Source: Patescibacteria group bacterium (GTDB lineage: Bacteria; Patescibacteriota; Minisyncoccia; UBA6257; GWB1-50-10). From it: a stretch of DNA of 64,000 bases. The notes beneath the pieces were generated by a model that worked only from the letters and a program-made list of their open reading frames with translations, was not told the DNA's origin and did no database searches. Below, piece after piece: positions 9,924 through 18,833 of the stretch. A program made the position numbers and the translations under genes. The stretch covers positions 2,571 through 66,570 of the forward strand of contig JASEIC010000001.1 of the NCBI GenBank assembly GCA_030017555.1, read 5' to 3'. Each line of letters opens with the position of its first letter. Within the stretch, counting starts at the first letter, position 1.

Positions 9924-10412
9924 TTAATGATGCAGTAAATTTAAATTTTTAAATTGTTCCAAAAGTCTTGGATAAAACGAATTCATACTCCGGATTGCAA
10001 TCAATTCCGCTTCATACGGATCAATTTCTTTTAAAAGCTCGGCCACCGCCAGCATAATTGCTTCATCTTCTTCTTCTTTTTTAAAACCTGAAAATGAAAA
10101 TATATAGCGTCTACCGCGTATGGCGCCGCCATATTTTTGTTCGGCTTCGTTTTTACTTTCAAAACTGCTTTTATGTTCTTGATGCTCAAAAAGTCTTTGA
10201 GATTTTTCAATTGAAAGTTCGTGATATTTTCCTGCTTTTTCAGCCAAAACCTCACCAACCATTGAAACAAGAATAGGACGACCCAAATCAATATCAAAAA
10301 GGCAAAAATATCCGCCTTTCCGCTTTTCGCCCGCAAACTTACTTGATTCTTTAACAACTTTTATAACAAGCCCGAGCATTGTCCAAATATGTTCGTTTCT
10401 GCAATTTTCCAT
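9924..10412 (-). CDS. Hypothetical protein
   Basis: 162 aa ORF with host-like composition. No recognised motifs. Confidence 0.4.
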   Translation of the reverse strand: MENCRNEHIWTMLGLVIKVVKESSKFAGEKRKGGYFCLFDIDLGRPILVSMVGEVLAEKAGKYHELSIEKSQRLFEHQEHKSSFESKNEAEQKYGGAIRGRRYIFSFSGFKKEEEDEAIMLAVAELLKEIDPYEAELIAIRSMNSFYPRLLEQFKNLNLLHH

Positions 10413-10534
10413 ACAACTTCCTTTCTTTAACTTTAACTGAATGATTTATTAAAAACTACTGTATTTAAAATATACTTAAAATAAAAAAATGTCAATAGTT
10501 AAAAACCCTCATACAAACGAGGGGCTTGGAGGAT

Positions 10535-10954
10535 TTATACTTGCGTTGATCGCCGCCGTTTCCGCGGGAGAAACTTTTTCTCCCACTTGCCCCGCAAATC
10601 AAGCGATTCAATTTCCTGATCTCTAAACCAACGAGCGATTAACGCCGCGTTTCTCGGCCGCTTTCTGCTCACTTTCCCGAAAAATATGGTCAGGCGCACT
10701 TTTCCCCGAAGAAACGGATGCGCGCTCTTAAACTCTCGCGCCCCTACGGTTATGGATTTTACTTTTCTTAATATCCGAACATCATAGCCGGATTCTTCTT
10801 TTGCTTCCCGCTCTGCCGCACCTTTCAAGCTTTCTCCTTTTTCAACGAAACCCAAAGGGAGCGACCAAAGGTTTTTCGCCGCTTTATGTTTTTCCCGCAC
10901 AAGAAGTATTTTGCCGTTTTTTCGGACTAGTACGCCACTGAACTCAAATTTCAT
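10535..10954 (-). CDS. NUDIX hydrolase
   Basis: Nudix box LPLGFVEKGESLKGAAEREAKEESGY. 139 aa. Confidence 0.75.
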   Translation of the reverse strand: MKFEFSGVLVRKNGKILLVREKHKAAKNLWSLPLGFVEKGESLKGAAEREAKEESGYDVRILRKVKSITVGAREFKSAHPFLRGKVRLTIFFGKVSRKRPRNAALIARWFRDQEIESLDLRGKWEKKFLPRKRRRSTQV

Positions 10955-12266
10955 GTTTTTTCTCTTTTTTATTCTTCGCTTTTTTTAACCCGTCGCCCGC
11001 CGGCTCAAGAACGGATGATTTCTTTTTATTTCCTTCTCCATCCTCTTTCTCAACTTTTTTTTCAATTGATGCTTCCTTAATTTTTTCAATAATTTCTAGA
11101 GCTGGTTTTTCCTCAACTATATCGGCTACTGCCACACCGTCTTCCTGAACTTCTTCGGGCCGCGACTGCGATCGCACATCTATCTTCCAACCCGTAAGCT
11201 TTGCTGCTAATCTCACGTTTTGACCGCCTTTACCAATCGCAAGCGATAATTGATCCTCGGCAACAAGCACTCGCGCTTCACGCCGCGGCAAAACCTCAAC
11301 TAATTTTACTTTAGCGGGCGACAGAGAATTGCCAATAAATTTGGCCGGATCGTCAGACCATTCAATAATATCTATTTTTTCATTGCCAAGCTCATTAGTA
11401 ACCGCCATAACTCTTGTGCCGCGTTGACCAACCGCCGAACCCACCGGATCAATGCCTTCCATTTTGGATAACACCGCGATTTTGGAACGACTGCCCGGTT
11501 CACGAGCAATTTGTTTTATTTCAACAGCCCCATCGGCAATTTCCGGCACTTCCATAGCAAAAAGTTTTGATATAAATTTTGGATGCGACCTGGAAAGAAC
11601 AATGCCAGGCCTGCGCGCATCATCCTGTACCGCGAAAACATAAAAACGTAATCTTTCGCCAACCCGATAATGCTCACCGGGAATACTTTCATTATGAAAC
11701 ATAATGCCGATAGCCCGTCCTAAATCAATATAAACATTACCTCGATCAAAACGTTGAATCACACCGCTTACAACTTCGCCTTCTTTATCGGCATATTCTT
11801 CTTTTACTGACATTCTTTCTGCTTCTCTAAGATTCTGTAAAATAACCTGCTTAGCGGTTTGAGCGGCAATTCGGCCAAAATCTTCATGAGTTTCAAGCGG
11901 AAATTCAAGTTCTTCGCCAATTTGCGCATCGGGTTTTATAATTTTGGCTTCCTCAATAAAAATATGCCGATCCGGATTATACCGCGGCAAAACATCTTCT
12001 CCTTCTTTTGGGGCTTCTTTTGAAATTTCTTCATTAGGATCAATAATCCTGACTTCTTTTGGATCAACTACGGTTTTAACTTGCCAGAATTTTAAGAAAC
12101 CGGTTTTTAAATCAAACTTACATTTTATAATTTCCGAACGCTTTCGATATTCTCTTTTGTAAGCTGCGCCAATAGCCGCTTCAATTGCGCCCAACACTTG
12201 TTCGCCTTCTATGCCTTTTTCCGCGGCAATCTGCTCTATGGCAGATGATAATGCTTTTAAATCCAT
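10944..12266 (-). CDS. nusA: Transcription termination/antitermination factor NusA with a Lys/Glu-rich C-terminal tail
   Basis: N-terminal MDLKALSSAIEQIAAEKGIEGEQVLGAIEAAIGAAYKREY. S1 and KH regions (GDVVSGVIQRFDRGNVYIDLG; GPRVKAI-like KH). Confidence 0.85.
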   Translation of the reverse strand: MDLKALSSAIEQIAAEKGIEGEQVLGAIEAAIGAAYKREYRKRSEIIKCKFDLKTGFLKFWQVKTVVDPKEVRIIDPNEEISKEAPKEGEDVLPRYNPDRHIFIEEAKIIKPDAQIGEELEFPLETHEDFGRIAAQTAKQVILQNLREAERMSVKEEYADKEGEVVSGVIQRFDRGNVYIDLGRAIGIMFHNESIPGEHYRVGERLRFYVFAVQDDARRPGIVLSRSHPKFISKLFAMEVPEIADGAVEIKQIAREPGSRSKIAVLSKMEGIDPVGSAVGQRGTRVMAVTNELGNEKIDIIEWSDDPAKFIGNSLSPAKVKLVEVLPRREARVLVAEDQLSLAIGKGGQNVRLAAKLTGWKIDVRSQSRPEEVQEDGVAVADIVEEKPALEIIEKIKEASIEKKVEKEDGEGNKKKSSVLEPAGDGLKKAKNKKEKKHEI

Positions 12267-12439
12267 GCTAATTATTTATATTTAATTTTTGGCCTTTACC
12301 CCAAACCAAAATAAATTGGCGTATGGGGTTTTATTTAGAAATGAACCGCTCTTGAGCGGAGCGGCAATTCAGTGTTATTAGTATAGCAAATCATTTTTAA
12401 AAGTCAAATCTCTTATATACTAACACTTTTCGCCTGGTA

Positions 12440-12467
12440 TTGACAAATTATTTCAATCTGCTATAAT
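12440..12467 (+). promoter_or_regulatory. Consensus sigma70-type promoter TTGACA-N16-TATAAT, with the -10 embedded in the 18-bp palindrome ctgctataattatagcag (12458..12475)
   Basis: Exact TTGACA at 12440-12445 and TATAAT at 12462-12467, upstream of ORF 12525. The same module is duplicated at 27178-27214 on the other strand. Confidence 0.55.
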
Positions 12468-12524
12468 TATAGCAGTTTTTAAACAATTAATCCACTAACC
12501 AGCGGAAAAGAAAAGAGATTTAGA

Positions 12525-12827
12525 ATGATTAAAGAAAACAGCGACTTTATTTTAGCTTATTTTAAAGATGACCATGGCAGGATTTTAAGAGTGCGCATCC
12601 ATAAGCCTAATATGCTTATAAGTGTATCAGTTTTTAATGAAAAACCGCCGAGGAAAAAAGGTCCGCGAATTCGAGATATGGTTCATGTTTATTTCCCGAA
12701 AGCAACTTTTGAGGAAGTAAAAAAAGATCCTGGAATGGAACTTGGCACATTCGAAATTTTAGAAAAAGAAGCGAAAAAATGCTCAATTACCCGTAGGACA
12801 AAACGCGCCAGAAAATTTCCAGTATAA
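12525..12827 (+). CDS. Hypothetical 100-aa protein with its own consensus promoter and strong terminator
   Basis: ORF between the promoter above and hairpin terminator 12838..12885 (aaatccctcatcctttt...aaaaggatgagggattt + T-run). Confidence 0.45.
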   Translation: MIKENSDFILAYFKDDHGRILRVRIHKPNMLISVSVFNEKPPRKKGPRIRDMVHVYFPKATFEEVKKDPGMELGTFEILEKEAKKCSITRRTKRARKFPV

Positions 12828-12837
12828 ATTTTAATCA

Positions 12838-12885
12838 AATCCCTCATCCTTTTATACAAAAGGATGAGGGATTTATTTTTTCTTA
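12838..12885 (+). terminator. Intrinsic terminator (17-bp stem plus T-run)
   Basis: aaatccctcatcctttt atacaa aaaaggatgagggattt followed by attttttc. Confidence 0.7.
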
Positions 12886-12942
12886 AAATCGTGTTACAGT
12901 TTTTTTACTATATAAATATCTGAAGGTTTTTTGTTTTTGCAG

Positions 12943-13320
12943 TTATATGTTTTCATAGTGATTTACCGCAAAATCATCTTTATTTTTTATCAAAGCAAGC
13001 ACATCAAGCCGCCATCCCTTTTTGTCATCTACTAAATCTTTGCGATGGCCGGCGTAAAGCGATGCGGCTTTTTTGAATTTTCGTATTTTGGCCGCGGTCA
13101 TTTGATGTTCTGGTTTAAGCCCAAAATCACCTGACTCGTACATTGTTTTAACTTCCACAAAAACCAAGATGCCGTCTTTGTTTTTTGCCACAATATCAAG
13201 TTCACCCCAAGGCCGTTTAAAATTTCTCTCAATGATCCAAAATCCCTTTCCCGCAAGATACACACACGCAAAATCCTCACCGATTTTACCCAATGAAATT
13301 TTATCTGAATTATTTGACAC
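12943..13320 (-). CDS. yraN: YraN-family (UPF0102) endonuclease
   Basis: GEDFACVYLAGKGFWIIERNFKRPWGELDIVAKNKDGILVFVEVKT matches the YraN signature. Confidence 0.7.
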   Translation of the reverse strand: MSNNSDKISLGKIGEDFACVYLAGKGFWIIERNFKRPWGELDIVAKNKDGILVFVEVKTMYESGDFGLKPEHQMTAAKIRKFKKAASLYAGHRKDLVDDKKGWRLDVLALIKNKDDFAVNHYENI

Positions 13321-13904
13321 AATATAAAAATTATAGCAAACCCAGTACTACAACCTCAATATAAAAACGCATTATTGAAGTTGTAGTGCTGGGCTAAAGA
13401 AAAAAACCTTACAACACGCAAGGGTTTTTATATTGAGGGGGTTAATAAATTTCAGAAACTGGAAGATTTTTGCCGATTTTTTGATTTAGGTTTCAAATCT
13501 TAAAACTAGACACTATGATTCTCCAACCAACAACAAGCACCAAAAGAAATAACTCAAATTATAAACCGCTTGTAAAAGCGGTTTTGTTTTGCGAATACCC
13601 CCAAAAATTGGGTCAAAATGTTTAGCGTGAAACATTTTGATTTTACGAAAAACAAAAGCGTAGGTTTCATCGCATTATCAGGCGCGCACATTTTTTATGT
13701 GTTTTTCACGATTTTATTATAAATGTAGGTTTCATGCGGTTATCTGATTTTTCGGGTTTTTTCTGTTTTTTGAGTTTTTTGAGTTTTCCCGGTTTTCCCA
13801 ATTTTATCATATTTCCCAGTTTTTTCAATTTTATCATATTTTCAAATAAAATAGGCCGACCAATTAAAGATCGACCTACTTAAAGTGCTGTTTTGATTAA
13901 TTAA

Positions 13905-14447
13905 TCAAAATGTATATTGTATTCCAATTAGTTCTGTTGAAATTTCGTCTTTTTGAAGAGTAGTTGCCCAACCAACAAATTTTCCTATATTAAATTGAAT
14001 ACGCGGACCATTACCAAAATACCGTTGATCCATAACCCCTAAACCCAATTCCTTTAAAAAGTTGATATTGACAACGATACGATGCCAAGGTCCAGAACCG
14101 CCATTTTCGTAAATCGCAAGAAACGAACCCTCGTCAATTCCAAGCCATAATGATGTGGCATATCTTCCAGCTGGATTTGCGCTTTCAATTCCATAAAAAA
14201 CACCAACCCGCGACCAAATAGTCGGGGAAAAAGTCGGCCCAATATATGCTTCAGACCAGTATTGACCCGAAAGCGACCACGCAGACCATCCGAAGTTGCC
14301 AATAATAGAACCATTTAAGTACAAATCAATATTCGGAGTTACTTGAGATTCAACAAAAGTAAATTGATTTTCAACATATCCAGTAATTTGAGCAAAAACT
14401 GGACAAGAAATAACAACAAGAACAAGAACCAAAAAAAGATTTTTCAT
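13905..14447 (-). CDS. Secreted beta-rich protein with an outer-membrane beta-barrel-like signature (terminal ...IQYTF)
   Basis: Signal peptide (cleavage near VFA-QI). Alternating aromatic/Gly-rich beta-strand-like segments. C-terminal aromatic-X-Phe end typical of small 8-strand OMPs. Confidence 0.45.
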   Translation of the reverse strand: MKNLFLVLVLVVISCPVFAQITGYVENQFTFVESQVTPNIDLYLNGSIIGNFGWSAWSLSGQYWSEAYIGPTFSPTIWSRVGVFYGIESANPAGRYATSLWLGIDEGSFLAIYENGGSGPWHRIVVNINFLKELGLGVMDQRYFGNGPRIQFNIGKFVGWATTLQKDEISTELIGIQYTF

Positions 14448-14612
14448 TGAATACCTCTTTTAGAAATAATTAATAGATTGGTTATTTAGATTTAAAAATT
14501 CTGATATTAAGTATAGCATACACGACTTGAGATGTCAATACCGCGTTATTTATTGAAATAATCAAACTATCCGCTTGAAATAAGAACAAATTTAAACTTT
14601 AATAAATAAGCC

Positions 14613-16673
14613 ATGGGGAAATATAAAAAGGATTTTAAGAAAAGGGAAAAAGAAGACCGTTTTTCAAATGAAAAAATAAAAGAAGAAAAACTTCATCCGG
14701 ATATTAGAAAAAACGTTTTGGTTGTTATTGGTTTGGGGCTCGGCGTTTTATTAATTTTAGCCGGCGTCAGCCAAGCCGGACCATGGGGCACTGCTTTTTA
14801 CGATCTGTTTTATAAACTTTTTGGCTGGGGTTATTATCTTTTGCCGATCCTGGCGTTTCTTCTTGCATTTTCATTTTTGCGTTCAGACCGAAAAAGACTT
14901 TGGGGAATCACGCTTATAAGCAGCATAATTTTTGTTGTAGCTGGTTTGGGATTTATTGATATAATTGCCTCCGGCAGTGGCGGTTTAACAGGTAATTTCA
15001 TTGGTTCGCTTAAAAACCCATTTGGCAATATCGCCGCTCTGGTAATTACTTTTACAGCGCTTGTCGCTTCATTTTTAGTAACTGCTAATCGACCTATAAA
15101 AATCACATTTAAAAAGAAGGAAGGAATCCGCCAACTGGCGGAAAAAGAAAATTTAAAAATAAACTTACCCCTTGAAGCGCCGGGAGTTGAAATTAAAAAA
15201 GAAATAAAAGAAATCCCTCTCACAAGCCAGCGAACCAAAGACAAAGCGGAAGAAATATTAAAAGTTACTGCGCAGAAACCTATTAAAGATTACACGCCGC
15301 CGCCGCTTTCGCTTATCTCGTCTTCTCTTGAAAAACCAACAATCGGCGACTTACAAGCAAACGCTAACATCATCAAACGCACTCTTGAATCGTTTGGCAT
15401 CTCGGTTGAAATGGGTGAAATAAATGTCGGCCCGACCGTTACTCGTTATAGTTTAAAACCAGCTGAAGGCATGAAACTTTCGAAAATCACCGCTTTAAGC
15501 CAGGACTTAGCTTTAGCGCTAGCGGCTCATCCAATACGGATTGAAGCGCCAATTCCGGGCAAATCACTGGTTGGCATTGAAGTGCCAAATAAAGTTGCCG
15601 CGCTCGTAAGACTTGGCAATCTTTTCCTTTATCCGGAGTTTTCAAAATCAGATCCGCTAACTTTTGCTCTTGGCCGCAATGTTTCCGGCGAACCAATTTT
15701 ACCATCAATTGATAAAATGCCCCATCTCTTGATTGCGGGCGCAACCGGTTCCGGTAAATCAATTTGCATCCACTCACTTATTATTTCTTTGCTTTATAAA
15801 AACTCGCCGGAAATGCTTAAGCTTCTTCTTATTGACCCGAAACGAGTTGAACTTTCTGTTTATGATGGTTTGCCGCATTTAATCGCGCCGGTTGTTACTG
15901 ACAATAAAAAAGCAATGGGCGCCTTCCGTTGGGCCATCCAAGAAATGGATCGCCGCTATGAATTGCTCTTGGGCGCCGGCTCGCGAGACATAAAAAGCTA
16001 CAACAATAATAATAGCGATCCGCTTTCTTATGTTGTGGTAATCATTGATGAATTGGCCGATCTTATGGCAACTTATGGCCGCGAAGTGGAAAACTCTATT
16101 ATCCGTTTGGCGCAAATGTCGCGCGCCACCGGCATTCATCTTGTCGTCTCCACCCAAAGGCCGTCAGTTGAAGTTATTACCGGACTTATTAAAGCCAATA
16201 TCACTTCTCGAATCGCATTACAAGTCGCAAGTCAAGTTGATTCAAGAACAATCTTGGATACCGCCGGCGCTGAAAAACTTTTAGGTCGCGGCGATTCACT
16301 TTATGTTTCCGCTGAAAAATCAAAACCGCAAAGAATCCAAGGCGCTTATATTACTGAAGATGAAATTAAAAAAGTTGTTAACTTTATAAAGAAAAATAAT
16401 GAGGCAACAACCGAAACAATTTCAATTGAAGCAACAAACGGCAATGGCGATGCTTCGCTTTTTGATGATTATGCTCAAGGCGGAGATTCAGATGAAGAAC
16501 TTTTTGAAAAAGCCATAGAAATTGTTCGTGCCGCCAAAAAAGCTTCAGCCTCACTGCTTCAAAGACGTCTTAAAATAGGCTACGCCAGGGCGGCAAGACT
16601 CCTAGATATGATGGAAGAAGAAGATATTATAGGTCCGGGAGATGGCGCAAAACCACGAGAAGTTAAAATCTAA
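14613..16673 (+). CDS. ftsK: DNA translocase FtsK/SpoIIIE
   Basis: N-terminal TM segments. Walker A LLIAGATGSGKS, Walker B VVVIIDELADLM, and C-terminal gamma wHTH (LLQRRLKIGYARAARLLDMMEEEDIIGP). Confidence 0.85.
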   Translation: MGKYKKDFKKREKEDRFSNEKIKEEKLHPDIRKNVLVVIGLGLGVLLILAGVSQAGPWGTAFYDLFYKLFGWGYYLLPILAFLLAFSFLRSDRKRLWGITLISSIIFVVAGLGFIDIIASGSGGLTGNFIGSLKNPFGNIAALVITFTALVASFLVTANRPIKITFKKKEGIRQLAEKENLKINLPLEAPGVEIKKEIKEIPLTSQRTKDKAEEILKVTAQKPIKDYTPPPLSLISSSLEKPTIGDLQANANIIKRTLESFGISVEMGEINVGPTVTRYSLKPAEGMKLSKITALSQDLALALAAHPIRIEAPIPGKSLVGIEVPNKVAALVRLGNLFLYPEFSKSDPLTFALGRNVSGEPILPSIDKMPHLLIAGATGSGKSICIHSLIISLLYKNSPEMLKLLLIDPKRVELSVYDGLPHLIAPVVTDNKKAMGAFRWAIQEMDRRYELLLGAGSRDIKSYNNNNSDPLSYVVVIIDELADLMATYGREVENSIIRLAQMSRATGIHLVVSTQRPSVEVITGLIKANITSRIALQVASQVDSRTILDTAGAEKLLGRGDSLYVSAEKSKPQRIQGAYITEDEIKKVVNFIKKNNEATTETISIEATNGNGDASLFDDYAQGGDSDEELFEKAIEIVRAAKKASASLLQRRLKIGYARAARLLDMMEEEDIIGPGDGAKPREVKI

Positions 16674-16728
16674 TTTGCGTTAAGCAAAAAAAGTAGTAAA
16701 ATCTAAGTAAAGAATTTCGCAATTCACT

Positions 16729-17364
16729 ATGGAAGTTGAAATAAAAAACCTATCCGCCATTCTTGTTGAAGCGCTTAGAACAAAAAGCCTGACTATTGAA
16801 AAACTATCTTCGATGACCGGTATTTCCGAAAGATTTTTAAATCTTTTACTTGAAGAAAATTTTAAAAAACTGCCGGCCGCGCCTTATGTTCACGGCTATA
16901 TTATTAAAATCGCTGATGTTCTAAATATGAATGGCGAAAAATTGTGGCAAGAATATTTAAAAGATCACAATTCAATCAATCGTTCCGGCAAAAAAGATAA
17001 ATTGCCCCAAAATAGGTTTGTTAACAAAAGCTTTAATAAAAAAACCGTTATTGTTGTTCTAATAATTGTATTAATTTTGCTTTATGTAATTATTCGCTTA
17101 CCGTCAATTCTAGGCAAACCGCCTCTCACATTAGCTAATATCGCAAATAATGCAATTGTTACAAATCCGGAATATCAAATAACCGGAAAAATAAATCCCA
17201 GCGATAAACTGACTATAAATAACGGAATTGTTTTTGCTGATCCGGAAGGCAATTTTCAAAAAACCATAAAACTTGATCCGGGGTTTAACACTTTTGAATT
17301 TAAAGTTAAAAATATTTTAGGTCGAGAAACGGCTTTAACAAAACAAGTTTTTTATAAACTTTAG
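16729..17364 (+). CDS. RodZ-like HTH membrane protein (cytoskeletal protein RodZ family, putative)
   Basis: N-terminal HTH (LTIEKLSSMTGISERFLNLLLEENFKKLPAAPYVHGYIIKIADVL) followed by a single TM and an extracytoplasmic domain. Confidence 0.5.
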   Translation: MEVEIKNLSAILVEALRTKSLTIEKLSSMTGISERFLNLLLEENFKKLPAAPYVHGYIIKIADVLNMNGEKLWQEYLKDHNSINRSGKKDKLPQNRFVNKSFNKKTVIVVLIIVLILLYVIIRLPSILGKPPLTLANIANNAIVTNPEYQITGKINPSDKLTINNGIVFADPEGNFQKTIKLDPGFNTFEFKVKNILGRETALTKQVFYKL

Positions 17365-17382
17365 AAGCAAATATTTTAAACA

Positions 17383-18441
17383 ATGTCATTAATTAAAAAA
17401 CAAGAAAAAGAAGTCCGTAAGCCGGCGGATTCAAAAGAATTAGACTCTTTAATAGAGTCTCTTCAATCGCGATTTGGCGAAGGCGCGATTATGAAATTAG
17501 GTGAAACTCACCATATAAAAGTAGAAACTATTCCTTCCGGGTCATTTTCGCTGGATATAGCCTTAGGCGGTGGCTTGCCAAAAGGTAGAATTATTGAGAT
17601 TTTTGGACCAGAAAGCTCGGGTAAAACCACTCTTGCTCTTCACGCTGTGGCAGAAACTCAAAAACGAGGCGGCAAAGCGGCTTTTATCGACGCGGAACAC
17701 GCGCTGGACCCGGAATACGCCGCAAAAATTGGCGTTAAAGTAAAAGACTTAATTATTTCCCAACCCGACAACGGAGAAGAAGCCTTGAATATTTTAGAAA
17801 GTTTGGTTCGATCGGGAATTATAAATATTATTGTTGTTGATTCAGTAGCGGCTTTAACGCCTCGCGCGGAAATTGAAGGCGAAATGGGCGCGCATCAAGT
17901 TGGCGCCCAAGCGAGACTTATGTCCCAAGCGCTCCGAAAACTTACGGCCATAGCCGCGAAATCAGGCACTATTATTATTTTCATAAACCAAATGCGGCAG
18001 AAAATCGGCATTATGTTCGGCAATCCTGAAACAACGCCGGGCGGTTTGGCGCTTAAATTTTACACTTCGGTCAGAATTGACATCCGCCGCACGGCCCAAG
18101 TCAAAAAAGGAGAAGAAATTGTCGGCAACCGCACTAAAGCAAAAGTCGTAAAAAATAAAGTCGCGCCGCCGTTTAAAATCGCGGAATTTGATATCATGTA
18201 CGGGGAAGGTATTTCTTATGAAGCTGATATCCTGAATACCGCGATTAAATACGGTGTTGTTACAAAATCCGGCGCGAGCTACAGTTTTGGTCCGCCGCCC
18301 GGCGGAGAAAAATTGGGCGTTGGTTTTGACAATATCAGAGGAAAATTAAAAGAAGATAAAAAACTAACCGAAGAAATAAAAAAGAAAACAATTATCGCGG
18401 CAGAAACAAAAGGAATAGCAGGTAACGAAAGTGAAGAATAA
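17383..18441 (+). CDS. recA: Recombinase RecA
   Basis: [20 protein letters not shown] Walker A and the full RecA core. Confidence 0.95.
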   Translation: MSLIKKQEKEVRKPADSKELDSLIESLQSRFGEGAIMKLGETHHIKVETIPSGSFSLDIALGGGLPKGRIIEIFGPESSGKTTLALHAVAETQKRGGKAAFIDAEHALDPEYAAKIGVKVKDLIISQPDNGEEALNILESLVRSGIINIIVVDSVAALTPRAEIEGEMGAHQVGAQARLMSQALRKLTAIAAKSGTIIIFINQMRQKIGIMFGNPETTPGGLALKFYTSVRIDIRRTAQVKKGEEIVGNRTKAKVVKNKVAPPFKIAEFDIMYGEGISYEADILNTAIKYGVVTKSGASYSFGPPPGGEKLGVGFDNIRGKLKEDKKLTEEIKKKTIIAAETKGIAGNESEE

Positions 18442-18444
18442 TTA

Positions 18445-18475
18445 AAACCCTCGATATTCATCGAGGGTTTTTAAA
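18445..18475 (+). terminator. Intrinsic terminator after recA (aaaccctcgatattcatcgagggttttt)
   Basis: 9-bp stem plus T-run. Confidence 0.65.
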
Positions 18476-18567
18476 TACACTGCTTAAATTTATAATGTCA
18501 ATTAGCTTTCTTAATTAATTCAACGTATAAAAATTTTCAAATAATAAAAAATTTCTAAATAATTGTT

Positions 18568-18783
18568 TTATTTTTTAATTCCTTCCCAATCTTTAAATCC
18601 CCTAGATTCAAGTTGATGCCATGCCTCTTCTCTGGTCGGCTCTGTGATTATTTCTACAATAGTGTCGGAATCCTTCACTATAATTCTATACCATTTACCA
18701 CCAACAAGGGATTCTTCTTCTACATCAAAAAATTTAACCACTTTTCTTCTAATCATTTCATCTCCTTTTTTTATTACTAGCAT
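18568..18783 (-). CDS. Hypothetical 71-aa protein
   Basis: Small ORF. No motifs. Confidence 0.3.
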   Translation of the reverse strand: MLVIKKGDEMIRRKVVKFFDVEEESLVGGKWYRIIVKDSDTIVEIITEPTREEAWHQLESRGFKDWEGIKK

Positions 18784-18833
18784 TAAATTGTTAAAGTTTC
18801 AGCTAAAATTATATCACAGAACTATAATTTCCG

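Noticed and set aside
13741-13850. T-rich tandem repeats considered as a CRISPR array or origin of replication
   Set aside because: Repeat units are short (7-16 bp), irregular and T-tract based, with no spacer-repeat periodicity and no cas genes. No DnaA boxes (TTATCCACA) and no dnaA/dnaN nearby, so oriC is not supported.
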